Shown here piece by piece: positions 1-28,793 of a DNA stretch of 64,000 nt; positions within the stretch are counted from its first letter, which is position 1; each line of letters opens with the position of its first letter. Below the pieces are notes generated by a model, which was not told where the DNA came from, made no database searches, and saw only the letters and a program-made list of their open reading frames with translations. Source of the stretch: Antechinus flavipes (taxonomy: Eukaryota); NCBI RefSeq assembly GCF_016432865.1, contig NC_067401.1:558001-622000 (forward strand), read 5' to 3'. The position numbers were made by a program, and so were the translations under genes.

Positions 1-780
1 GGCTGGTACAGTAAGATTATGGAATGACTGACTAATTGCTCCCTTTGTCTTCCCTCTTCCCGGTGTCCAAATTCTGGTGAAATCATAGATTACCCACAGG
101 CCCGGTGAGCCTGAGAGAGTGAATGGCTCACACAGGGAGGCAGGGAAATGAGGATCCACTTCTGTGGAATCTGAAGAAACATTTTCTCTGTCTCATTCTC
201 CTGTCTAAATAATTAACAAAACAGATCAGAGCCCGAGTGCAGTTTGCCCATTTCTGAAGCCTGAACGGTCAGACTGAGAACTTAACAATTGGTTCTCAGG
301 AACAAGACCCTGAATGGGAGGCTCTGTTATTTCAGAAGCTGCAATCTGCTGAGTCAGGCAAGGCAGAGTCTGTCGGTCCAGTCCTGGGATGTGGCAGGAC
401 CCAGCCCACTGGCAGCTGAGGGGTTCCTCCATGGCACCCTCTCGCCTTTGGGATCTAACTGGACCCAAGGCCATGCAGAACTTCCAGGCAACTCTTCCCA
501 GAATCCAGGAAGGTCTCCAGAGGTCAGGGGAAAACATTCATAGTTCTGTCCTTGCTGTCAGAGTATCTGTCCCTTTGTAAAAGTTCATTCATTCTTTCAT
601 TGGGTAATTAATGCACTAGTCTTGGTGATTACTGGAGGAGAGAACACATTGGACTGTGTGCTTGAGCAGATAACATTAACTGTTCCCCAACTTCTTAAGG
701 GTTCCGCTAGGATCTTGAGGGGAGACAAGGAACTGACCTCATCCTGGGAGAGAGTACACATCAGACTCTATACACATGTA

Positions 781-962
781 TGTTGTTCAGTCATGTCTGA
801 TTCTGTGACCCCATTTGGGGTTCTCTTGGCAAAGACACGGGAATGGTTTCCCATTTCCTTCTCAACTCATTTTGCAGATGAGGAAACTAAGGCAAACAGG
901 ATGAAGTAGCTTGTCTAGGTCACACAGCTAATAAGTGTCTGAAGCTAGATTTGAACTCAGAG
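781..962 (-). mobile_element. marsupial CORE-SINE (MAR1-like)
   Basis: tgttgttcagtcatgtctgattct...ttttgcagatgaggaaactaaggc...gatttgaactcag: reverse complement of an RTE-tailed CORE SINE (recognised from memory). Confidence 0.7.
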
Positions 963-3398
963 CCTGGGGCAGTGCCCTCTGCAGTGTGATAGAGGAGAGA
1001 AGTGGGAAGACAGCTATCTGGATTGGTGAAGGGATTTACCCCATCTGATGGTCCCCCCACCAATGGAATCTCAAATCTAATCTGCTCTCTTGGTTCCTTT
1101 TGGACACCAATGTCTCTCTTTTTAGGGCCTTGAACTATCGGATTTCAAGAAGCTGAATCACAAGGGGGTAACCCAGCATTCCCTGCACTTGATACTAAGG
1201 AGGCAAGACTGAAGGGAATGAGATCCTACCCCAAGATCCTTGGTCCCAGCCTCTCTTTATCAGAGCCTGTTAATGGAGCCTGGGGCTAATCCATGAGGAG
1301 ATCAACAAGGGCCAACATTGAGTCCTGCCCTCAAGAAGCTCGCAGTGGGATCCAGTACATCCAAGAGGCACGCAGGATAAAACAGAAGTTCTCTTGGATG
1401 AAATGAGAGGGAGGGAGAAAGTCTGCTAGAAAGGGTGGGAAGCAAGAGGTGAGTGTTCTCCCAGGTGAGCAATGGTAGGCAGATGCTACTGGCTGATAGA
1501 GTGCATAAGGGACAGGAAGTGTAGATGATGGGCTAGAGCAGGGGGAGGCACTGGAGTTTCCCAAGGGTGCTAGGAACATGTGCCAGGAGGCCTGGGGGGT
1601 GTTGAAGCTGGCTGGCTGGCTGTTGACATCCAAAGATGGCAAAGATGAGTAATCAAAAATGGGAAGATGATACCTAACGGGGTTAGAGAAGGCTCAGGGC
1701 ACTTGAAGGGAAGATGGTCAGGAACTTAGGGAAGTTAGGGTTTGAAGTCTCAGAGAGGGACTGAGGAGAGGCAATGGCCACAAAGAGGCCAAGAGGAAGG
1801 GAGTGAGAAAAGGTCAGTTGTAGAGAACTTGGGGAAGAGGCTGAAGCATGAGAGAGAGGTGTGGAGGCCTTTCAACTGGCAGGCTGCCACCTCAAGGGAC
1901 TTTGCCACAGAAAGGAGAAAAGAGATGAAAGGATGGAGGAAATACAAGGATCTAGAGGGTTTGGGGGGGAAGGAAGAGACATGGATACATTTATAGGCAG
2001 CAGAAAAGCAACTGCTCCTTCATTTGTAAGAGTATCAGTGACTTCATGGGGTGATGTCTTGACTTTCTCATGGTTATGTGAGACAGAACCACACAAGTCA
2101 CTGGCCTTACTGTGGCAGGACAAAAGTCAGGACAACAAGAAGGTCCAGGATTCATGGGATGAAGGCGCCTGTGTCTGCTCCCCAATTCCCGAGTTCAGGT
2201 GCCTTCATGGCCCTTCAAACAAATTGCTCTCATCCACTCAGCCTGCCAGAGGAAGCCTTCACATGCTTGGGGAGAACACTCCTCTGATTCACCCATACCT
2301 GTGCTGTCTGTTACCTTAGCCCAATTTGGCCCAGCCACCCAGATGCTTTATGCACATGTGACAGCTGATCATAGTACAACTTCTTGAAGTCAGAGATGAG
2401 AGATGGGGGACAAGTGGCCACAAAGATGGATGAATAGTCTTGAAAAGGGCCCAGGAAAAACAGCCAACCTGGAAAATAGATCCAGGAGAGACCATTTAAA
2501 AATAATTGGTCTACCTGAAAGCTATGACCAAAAAACCCAGCATTCTTCAAGAGATCATCATGGAAGACTGCCCTAATATACCAAAACCAGAGAGGGAAAT
2601 AGTCATCAAAAGAATCCATTGATAACCTGCAGAAAGAGATCTCACAAGGAAAACCCTAAAGAACATTGTTGTAAAACTCCAGAACTATAATCTTAAGGAA
2701 AAAATATTGCAAGCTACCAAACGAGAACAATTCAAGTATTGAGGAGCAACAATCAAGATTACCCAGGATCTGGCAGCGGACACGATAAAGGGTTGGAGGG
2801 CCTGGAATGCCATATTTTGCAAGGCAAAGGACCTGGGCATACAAATAAGAATTTACTAGCAAGACTAAGCATCATCTTTCAGGGGAGGAGATAGATATTT
2901 TATGAAGAGACTTTCAATCATTTCTATTGAAAAACCAGAAGTAAACAGAAAATTTGATCTTCAAACACAGGGCTCAAGGGAAGCATAGGAAGGTAAAGAC
3001 AGGTGGAGGTGGCAGAAGGGCTGAAATACATATTATTCAAAGGTTAAACTGTTTACATCCCGATTTGGGAACTTGGGAACTATATTTGTTATTGGGGCAG
3101 TTAGAGGGGACATACATGGACTGAGGGTGTGGTTATCAATGGCTTCTAATGTGATGATATAAAAGAAAAAGACATCAAGGAGTAGAAAAAGAATTGTACT
3201 AGGAGAAGAAGAAAGGGGAGGACAAATTAAATCACAAGAAAAGGCACAAAAGACCTATTTCAATAGAGGGAAAAATTTTCCTAACCTTAATTCTAATTCT
3301 AAATGTGTCCCGACTCCCAACTCTAACCTGACTATCAAGTTGGGCTCAAAGAGGGAATAACTTAATCATTCAGTTGGATATAGAAAGTACTCTTACCC

Positions 3399-3942
3399 AT
3401 TGTGATATATGAATGTTATGGAATACTATTGTTCTGTAAGAAATGACCAGCGGGATGAATACAGAGAGGCTTGGAGAGACTTACATGAACTGATGCTAAG
3501 TGAAATGAGCAGAACCAGGAGATCTTTATATACCTCAACAACGATACTGTATGAGGATGTATTCTGATGGAAGTGGATTTCTTTGACAAAGACAGGATCT
3601 AACTCAGTTCCAACTGATCAATGATGGACAGAAGCAGCTACACCCAAAGAAAGGACATTGGGAAATGAATATAAACTGCTTGCATTTTTGTTTTTCTTCC
3701 CAGGTTATTTATATCTTCTGAATCCAATTCTTCCTGTGCAACAAAGAGAACTGTTCTGTTCTGCACACATATATTGTATCTGGATATACTGTAACCTATT
3801 TAACATATAAAGGACTGCTTGCCATCTGGGGGAGGGGAAAAGTCAGAACAGAAGTGAGTGCAAGGGATAATGTTGTAAAAAACTATCTTGGCATGGGTTC
3901 TGTCAATAAAAAGTTATTATAATAAAAGAAAGAAAGAAAGAA
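3399..3942 (+). mobile_element. 5'-truncated L1 3' end with A-rich tail and 17-bp target-site duplication
   Basis: TSD AGAAAGTACTCTTACCC at 3382-3398 and 3943-3959; AATAAA and (GAAA)n tail. Confidence 0.85.
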
Positions 3943-4519
3943 AGAAAGTACTCTTACCCTATAAAGACGTAGGAGGAGAAAGGGGAAAGAAAAGGGTGGG
4001 ATTGAGTAAAAGGGAGCATAGAAATACTAGGACAAAGAGGTAAGAGAAAGGAAGGATAAAGGTAGGGTTAGAAACAAACTCTACTAAGAAGGGACAGGTT
4101 GGAAAGAGAAAAACAAAAATGTTTACAGGAGAAACCAGGGAAATGCAGAGTGGGTCATCATAACTTTGAATATGAATGGGATGGAATCTCCCACTAAATG
4201 GAAGCAAACAGCTGAGTGGATTAAAGACAGAATCAGGATCTTGTAATATGTTGTTTACAAGAAACACATCTGAAACAGAGATACATATAGGGTAAAGGTA
4301 AAAGATTGGAGCAGAATGTATTATGCATCAGCTGAAGCAAAAAAACAAAAAAACGGGCAATTCTGATCTCAGACAAAGCAAAAGTAAAAACAAATCAAAT
4401 TAAAAGAGGTAAGGAAGGAAACTATATCTTGTTAAAGGGTCTCACAAACCATGAAGTAGTATCAATACTAAATGTATAAGCACCAAGTGATAAAGCATTC
4501 AAATTCTTAGAGAAGTTAT

Positions 4520-4993
4520 TGAATGAGATAAGGTGAGATCTTTCAAGACAGTTGTGAAAATCGAGTAAGGCTTCATCTATTTCAAAGTTTGAGTAGGCCT
4601 GAAGGACTTTAAGCATTAAGTCAAGGGCATACTTAAAGTGTCTCCTACCTGTTATCTCCCTAAGGGAGTCCCCTTCTTGTTAGCCTCCCTATTTCGACCA
4701 AATATGGGCAACCGTGTACTTATTGGTCAAGTTAAATTGCTTGGATAGTTTGCGGGGTGTTTAGAATGTAAGATCCTCAGTCAATAAGGATGAGGGTCAG
4801 TGGTGGGAGGGGGAATTTGCATTAGGGATTAAAAACCTTGACCCTGCCCGCTATGGTGCTTTCTCCCTTCCATTGTCTGCTCGATGGGTGGGACAGCCTG
4901 ATTGGGAGAATGTATAATAAACTTTGCTTTACTTCTAGAGATCTATCCAGTTTTTTTTTTTTTTTTTTTAATTAATGGTTTCTGACCCACACA
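4520..4993 (+). mobile_element. probable solo LTR inserted in the L1 endonuclease remnant
   Basis: TG...CA termini; TTAT at 4516-4519 and 4994-4997; AATAAA at 4916-4921; L1 ORF2 sequence resumes right after. Confidence 0.6.
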
Positions 4994-6418
4994 TTATTAA
5001 ACCAGTTACAGGAAAAAATAGACAGCAAAACCATATTAGTGGGGAAACTCAACCTTCCCCTCTCAGAATTAGACAAATCTAATCACAAAAAATAAAAAAT
5101 AAAAACAAGAAAGAAACTAGGGAGGTTAGTAGAATCCTAGAAAACTTAGATGTGATAGATCACTGGAGAAAACTGAATCAGGACAGAAAGGAATACACCC
5201 TTTTTCTCAGCAGTACATAACACCTACACAAAAATTGACCATGTATTAGGGCATAAAAATCGTACAATCAAATGCAAAAAGGCATAAACAGTAAATGCTT
5301 CCTTTTTTTTTTTAGACCACAACACAATAAAACTATATTCAATAAAGGGCCAGGGAAAGCTAGACTAAAAACCAAGTGGAAATTACAGAAACATTCAGTA
5401 ATTTCATCCAAAGAAATGAGGCAACCCATCAAAACCTATAAGATGCACCCAAAGCAGTTCTTAGGGGAAATTTTTTATCTTCAAATAGTTACATGAATAA
5501 AATAAAGATCAAAGAATTGGGCATGCAACTAAAAAAGCTAGAAAAGGAACAAGTTTTAAAACCTCAATTAAATACCAAATTAGAAATTTAAAGAGAGAGA
5601 GAGAGAGAGGAGGTACTATCATCACCTGGGATGAAGCTGAGTTTCCTGGGGAGGTGGTGCCTGAGTTTAGAAAGATACTCTGACTTCTCCAGTAAGAGAC
5701 AGAAATTTGGGTTGGAGGCCTGTGGGACAGGGACTAACCCTAAATTCACGCCTTGGAATGAGGCACTTGGGGAGGTCTGCGAGAGATCCTGGAGGCACTG
5801 GGGACCCGAGGACTTGCCCTTGAAGGGGAGTACCCAGCCTTACTCCGGTAGCTGAGGAGGGGGTGAGGGGGATGGATCGTAGAAGACAGCCTCAGGAGCA
5901 AACTTGCAGATGTGGGTATGGAAGGGACTGAGGGGCCTGCTGAAGCTGGGATCCGAGGGTGCCTCCTGTTGCTCCCAGATGACCCCCAGAGGCAGGAGGC
6001 GTTTGCCTTAAAAATCTGCCAAGCACCAACCTACTGGGTCTGAGGTGCCAGGGAGCAGGCAGCCCCTATAGTCACCCTGTTTCTAAAATCCAGTTTTGTT
6101 CCTCGGCTCCTACCTGGTGGCCCGAGGGGCCTCAGTTTCCCCCTTTGTAAAACAGAGGGCTAGACCAAATGATGAAGGCTAAGGTGGGGTCCCCAGCCTC
6201 CCGGGAGAAGCTCGGGGTGCCCAGAAAGTCCTGCCCAGTCGCCTGGTCCCTTCGCCTCCGGGGGCGTGGCCTCCCTTGGGGAAAGGGACGGGGCGGGCCA
6301 GAAGGAAACTCCTCCCCTCCCATTTGGGGCTTGAGGGCGGGGCGAGCACAGCCCAGACCCAAAGAGGCAGGAGGACCCGAGCGAACCGAGCGCACGACTG
6401 GACTGGCTTGGCGACATC

Positions 6419-23887
<17,469 letters not shown>

Positions 23888-24478
23888 GTGCCCGTCCTGA
23901 CGCCTCCGCCGGCCCCGCCGCGGGCACGCTGCCAGGAGGTGGCCTAGTGTAGACCCTTGGGGACGTCACTTCCTCGCCGCAGCGACGGGTCGGTCGCCAG
24001 TCCTCGGCGGCTTAGAGTTTGAAGGTGGTGGGCAAGAGCGGAACCTGGCACTCTGGCTTGAATGACGTGGACTCTGACTGTCAGAGCTGGATGGGACCTT
24101 CTGGCCAAGTGCCTCATGATGTAGTTGGGGAACCTGGAAGAGGGGGATTTTTTACATTGAAATTGAAAAGGACAGAGAGGGAAACTGAAGCATGCGGTGG
24201 CTTCTTGGAATCGCCTCAGAGTTAACAACCCCCTAGTGTGGAAGAGGAAGTGACGTTCCCCAGCCTCCTTTTCAGCCACACCACTTATCCCTGACCTGCT
24301 ATCCTTGCCAGCATGAGGGAGGACCACCCTTCAGGCACTCAGAAACACTGGGGCCGGCTGGGGTCAGGGCGGGCCTGGGGCTCGGCCCCTCCGGCGGTGA
24401 GCCGGCCACCCGGGGCCAGGACCTCAAGCTGTGCACATTCCTACTGTGATCATACTGTATCTGTATCTTGTCTGTTAG

Positions 24479-24484
24479 ATTAAA
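24479..24484 (+). terminator. PFKL polyadenylation signal (ATTAAA)
   Basis: ATTAAA about 590 nt after the stop codon, followed by TG-rich sequence. Confidence 0.65.
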
Positions 24485-25344
24485 AACCTACTGATCGAGC
24501 AAGCTATTGTGTCACTGAGTCTTGGGCTAAATGGGAATACAGGCCTTTGGGGAGGCCATCTTGGCTGAGGCAGGAGGGTGGAGGGTCAGGAGAGGCTGAG
24601 ATGGCCCCCGTGGGCTGGACCGGCAGCCCTCCCTGCCGCCCCCTCTGGAGGCTGAGGGTCCTTTGGCAGCAGTCAGACATCAGCCATGCAGGCATCTAGG
24701 TCCCTTGTGGAGGCTGCTGGTGTGGAGGGTGGGCTCTAGAGTGAATGACAGCCTGCCTTCCTCCCCTTGTTCCTGGAGCTTAGGCTAAAGCTCTGAGGGG
24801 TGGGCCAATGGCCTTCCTCTCATTGCTCCATTTGTCCTCCAGGACCTCAATTCTGACTCTGTGTCACTTTCTCACTGTACTCCTAGCTAGTCTCCTGTGG
24901 GAAGAGGAAGGGGAAGCAGGATAGGAACAACCCCCTCCTCCCCACCAGAAACAGAGAGAAGTCACCGGGGCTGGAGCAGGTGACAGCCTGGCCCTCTGTA
25001 AGAAGCAGCTCTGTGGGGGAGGAGGCACCTGAGGAGAGAGCTCTAGGGGTGCCCAAATCTCGCACTGACTGAACAGAAGTCCCTCTGCTTGAAGACGTCT
25101 AGCAATTCAATCCAGTCCAAATTGGCCCTCAGCACTGCCCGCTCCATTCTGCCCTTTAGCCCAGGGTTTCTTAGAATTTTCACCCTATATGACCCCAAGC
25201 ATATAAGTACCAAAAATATGTATACAAACCCACAATTCATTATTTCATGACTCCCACATTCAGCTATGTGACCTCAGGGGGTTGCGATTCACAGTTTAAG
25301 AAGTTTTGCTCTAACATACATGGGTCTGTCTTCAACTTGTTCAG

Positions 25345-27010
25345 CTTCTATTCAACCTACAAATATTAAGTACCTACTATGTGTTGGGTACTGTGCCAAG
25401 TGCCGAGAATTCAAATGGCTCCAGCCCTTGGAGCTCATACTCTAATAGAGCAAACAACATGCCAGTAAATATGTATAATTCAAACTCTATAAAGGATAAA
25501 TAGGGAATTGGGGAAGGCTTCCTGTAGGGGGTGAGATTTCAATTGGAACTTCAGGAAGTCAAGGAGGTCAGTAGTGGAAATGAAGGAGGGAGAGCATTCC
25601 AGAAAAAGATGCCCAGAGCAGAGACATGGACACAGAAGGCTAGAGTCACTGAACTGACTAGTACATGTCAGGAAGGAAGAGGTAAGGTGACTAGAAAGTG
25701 AGGAGGGTGCTGGGTTGTAAACTTTGAATGCCAAGTAGAACATTTTCTATTTGTTGCTGGAGGCAATATGGAGCCCCTGGAGTTTACTGAGTATGGGAAT
25801 GACTTGATCAGATTCGTGCTTTAGAAAAAAATCCCTTTGGCGGCTGAACAGGGGATGGGGTGGAGTGAAAATTTGAGCACCCTCTTTCTCCCCCTGCCCC
25901 AGCAGATATTGCTCCAGGGATGAGGCAATGGGCCTGCACCAAGAAGGGGGCAGTGTCAGAGGAGAGAAGAGGGGATATTGGAGAGATGGTGCCCAGGTGA
26001 AATCTGGAGAGGTGATGCAGATGTGAAACTGACAAGAGGAAATGGGGCGGGGACTGAAAATGACAAATAATATTGGAGAGGTAAAATTGACAAGAGGTAC
26101 TGCAGAGGTGAGATTGACAAGAGATGCTCAGAGATGATATTGACAGGAGATCCTCAGAGATACTAATTGCCAAGAGATGATCAGAGATGATATTGACAGG
26201 AGATCCTCAGAGATACTAATTGCCAAGAGATGATCAGAGATGCTGCAGAGGTGACATTGACAAGAGATGCTCAGAGATACTAATTGACAAGAGATGCTCA
26301 AAGATGATAATTGACAAGAGGAAATGGGGCAGGGACTGGAACTGACAAACAATATTGTAGAGGTAAAATTGACAAGAGGTGCTGCAGAGGTGAGATTGAC
26401 AAGAAATGCTCAGAGATGATATTGACAGGAGATGTTCAGAGATACTAATTGCCAAGAGATGATCAGAGATGAAATCGACAAGATGCTGCAGAGGTGACAT
26501 TGACAAGAGATGTTCGAGATACTAATTGACAAAAGATGCTCAAAGATGATAATTGACAAGAAATGTTACGAAGGTGTGATTGACAAGAGATGCTCAGAGA
26601 TGAAATCGACAAAGGATTCTGTAGAGATGAGATTGACAAGAGATGTCCAAAGGTGATATAACAGACCATGGCACCATATTTGATGTGGGTAAAAGAGTGA
26701 GAGTCTAGGAGGATTCTTAGGTCATGAGCCTAGGGGCACGGCAGGAAGGTGGTGATGGCCCCATGAGAATAAAGTGAGAAGCTGAGTGAGAATGTGGGAA
26801 GGTTTAGGGAAAAAGATGAATTCTTTTTTAGACATATTGATTTAAGATGTCCACTGGACATCTAGTTCAAGATGTCTGAAAGGCAGTGGGAGGCATGAGA
26901 TTGAAGGTTATTAGAGAGTTTGGGGCAGGAAAGGTAGATTTGAGAATCATCTGAATAGAGATGGTTATTAAATCCATGGGAGCTGTTAAGATCACCAGGT
27001 GAAGAAGAAG
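25345..27010 (-). mobile_element. ancient LINE-2 remnants (interrupted by minisatellite)
   Basis: caaatattaagtacctactatgtg...tactgtgccaag and ggaaggcttcctg...; L2-like ORF2 text at 26840-27000. Highly diverged. Confidence 0.5.
25975..26660. repeat. complex AG-rich minisatellite (~26-bp ATTGACAAGAGATGCTCAGAGATGAT subunits, ~280-bp higher-order duplication)
   Basis: gacaagaggaaatggggc recurs at 26031 and 26313; many ttgacaagagatg subunits. Confidence 0.85.
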
Positions 27011-27551
27011 GTAAGGAAAGCCACATTAAGTTGCTGAGCAGCCTGAAGAGGGATGTCCTGGGACTTCCTCCCTCAAAGCTCCAGGGAGGGAATGGGGAGC
27101 AGGGAAAATGGACAATGTGGAGCAGGATGGGGATCCAGGGTTGGCAGAATGTGCCGAGATGTGGCCTGAGCTCACCGTGAGGGCCAATGACAGGTTGTTG
27201 GGCTTTTGCCTTCATTCACCTCTGATGCATGGACCAGAGACCTTCCAGGGGCACTTGGGCAGGAGGTGGGTCTCTCAGGGGACTTTACTTTCAGAGGAGG
27301 TGGGCTAAGGCTAGAAAGTCTCACAGGGTGACAGGGAGTAGGGGACTGGGGGAGTGGCCAGCTTGGCTGGATTCTTTCTGAGAGTCACTGTTCCAGGTCA
27401 TTTCAGCTCAGTCATCCGGCAATAAAAAGGCTTTGCCTTCCCCAAATTAAAATGCTCAGTGTAGAAAATCATTCCTGTGGGGGTCCCAACCCTCCCCAAA
27501 CAAAAGAAATGCCAGGCTCAGCAAAGCCCCCAAGGGGCATGGGCTATTGCT

Positions 27552-27564
27552 TGCTGACTCAGGG
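27552..27564 (+). promoter_or_regulatory. Maf recognition element (T-MARE-like)
   Basis: TGCTGACTCAGGG matches TGCTGACTCAGCA at 11/13. Extra half-sites TGCTGAC 27591-27597 and TCAGCA 27518-27523. Confidence 0.65.
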
Positions 27565-27623
27565 CTGTTGAAAATTCCCAGTTGAAAGGGTGCTGACCTA
27601 GAGAGTTGGGGGTGAGGTGGGAC

Positions 27624-27629
27624 TATAAA
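27624..27629 (+). promoter_or_regulatory. TATA box of gamma-crystallin gene
   Basis: TATAAA(G) about 60 nt upstream of the MGK exon. Confidence 0.8.
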
Positions 27630-27685
27630 GAGGGATGGACCAGGCAGTTGGAGCCATCTGCTTCCACACCAAGCACTCCTGCATT

Positions 27686-27694
27686 ATGGGCAAG
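27686..27694 (+). CDS. gamma-crystallin exon 1 (MGK)
   Basis: ATG GGC AAG then gtaacc donor; about 60 nt downstream of TATAAA. Confidence 0.9.
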
Positions 27695-28756
27695 GTAACC
27701 TGGGTGACCTGGGCAGAGGGGAGAGGGGAGAGGAGGGAGTCCCTGAGCCCTGTTCTAGCCTTCCAGTTGAGGCCCAGGGATCCTGGGTAGCTCTGGTCTG
27801 GTGAGAGTCAGGAACACAGCTCATGTATGCCTTTCCCTGGCCCAGCTCAAGCCTCAGACTTTAAGCAGTGGGGCATGTTTGGGCTGCAAGAACTCACGGA
27901 GAAAATGGAGGAATGGCCTGGCTGTCACTTGCTCTCTAGGGGCCTCAGTTTCCCTGTGTGTAAATGAAAGCATTGGACTTGGAATGGTCAGAGCTCCTTC
28001 CAGTTGCTCTGATCCTGGTGTATGGCTCCAGGGCCCAGATGGGCGGCAGCGCCCAGCTTGGGCCCCTGACCCTGCTCTCTTTCCCAGATCACCTTTTATG
28101 AGGATCGCCATTTTCAAGGCCGCTGCTACGAATGCAGCGGCGACTGTGCTGACCTGCAGGCCTACTTCAGCCGCTGTAACTCCGTGCGGGTGGACAGCGG
28201 CTCCTGGGTCCTGTATGAGCAGCCCAGCTATAAAGGTTGCCAGTACTTCTTGAAACGTGGCGAGTACTCGGACTACCGCCAATGGATGGGCACAAGCGAT
28301 TCCATCCGCTCCTGCCGCCTGGTACCCAGGGTGAGTTCCTCAGGGGAACTCTGCTGTCCTAGGCAGGGTCTGGGGAGGAAGAGGTGGGCACCTGACCCTC
28401 TGGGTGGTTCTTACAGGCCCAGATGTCCATGGGCCCCCCTGTGGCCCCTGGCTCAGGCTCTCCGCTTTCTTCCATCGCAGCACGAAGGCTCTTTCCGCAT
28501 GAGGATTTATGAGAGGGAGAACTGTGCAGGCCAGATGATGGAGTTCACCGAGGACTGCCCCTCTGTCCACGACCACTTCCACCAGAGAGACGTCCTGTCT
28601 TGTAATGTCCTGGATGGTTACTGGGTCCTTTACGAGCAGCCCAACTACCAGGGCCGGCAGTACTTCCTGCGGCCTGGCGAGTACCGGCGGCACAGTGAAT
28701 GGGGGGCTGGCACCGCAGTCCTGGGCTCCTTCCGGCGGGCCACAGACACCAGTTAG
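27686..28756 (+). CDS. gamma-crystallin (3 exons: 27686-27694, 28088-28330, 28481-28756; 175 aa); orthology unresolved
   Basis: MGK micro-exon (9 nt) + 243-nt exon + 276-nt exon, all GT-AG and phase 0, the classic gamma-crystallin layout. Protein [48 protein letters not shown]...[19 protein letters not shown]...GSFRR has four Greek-key motifs and four Trp; ORF intact. Confidence 0.96.
28088..28330 (+). CDS. gamma-crystallin exon 2 (N-terminal domain, Greek keys 1-2)
   Basis: ttcccag acceptor; [11 protein letters not shown]...[10 protein letters not shown]; gtgagt donor; 243 nt. Confidence 0.96.
28481..28756 (+). CDS. gamma-crystallin exon 3 (C-terminal domain, Greek keys 3-4)
   Basis: cgcag acceptor; [27 protein letters not shown]...[10 protein letters not shown]. 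Confidence 0.96.
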   Translation, partial: HEGSFRMRIYERENCAGQMMEFTEDCPSVHDHFHQRDVLSCNVLDGYWVLYEQPNYQGRQYFLRPGEYRRHSEWGAGTAVLGSFRRATDTS

Positions 28757-28787
28757 ATGTCTGCTCAGCTCCACGCTTTCCAAACTC

Positions 28788-28793
28788 AATAAA
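28788..28793 (+). terminator. gamma-crystallin polyadenylation signal (AATAAA)
   Basis: AATAAA 32 nt after TAG; very short 3' UTR as in gamma-crystallins. Confidence 0.85.

Larger units (their letters stand above)
2400..5590 (+). mobile_element. degraded LINE-1 (ORF1 end, spacer, ORF2 endonuclease), interrupted by two younger insertions
   Basis: ENRSRRD.LKIIGLPES-like ORF1 sequence near 2471-2535. ORF2 EN-like stretches from ~4165 (TLN.NG..SP...CCLQETHL) and 5000-5590 (IDSKTILVG, KIDHVLGHK) carry stops and frameshifts. Confidence 0.85.

Noticed and set aside
27686-28756. Assigning the crystallin a specific symbol (CRYGA-F, CRYGS, CRYGN) or calling it a processed pseudogene
   Set aside because: Locus and sequence do not match a named gene confidently. 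Introns, promoter and open frame are intact, so it is neither processed nor evidently pseudogenised.
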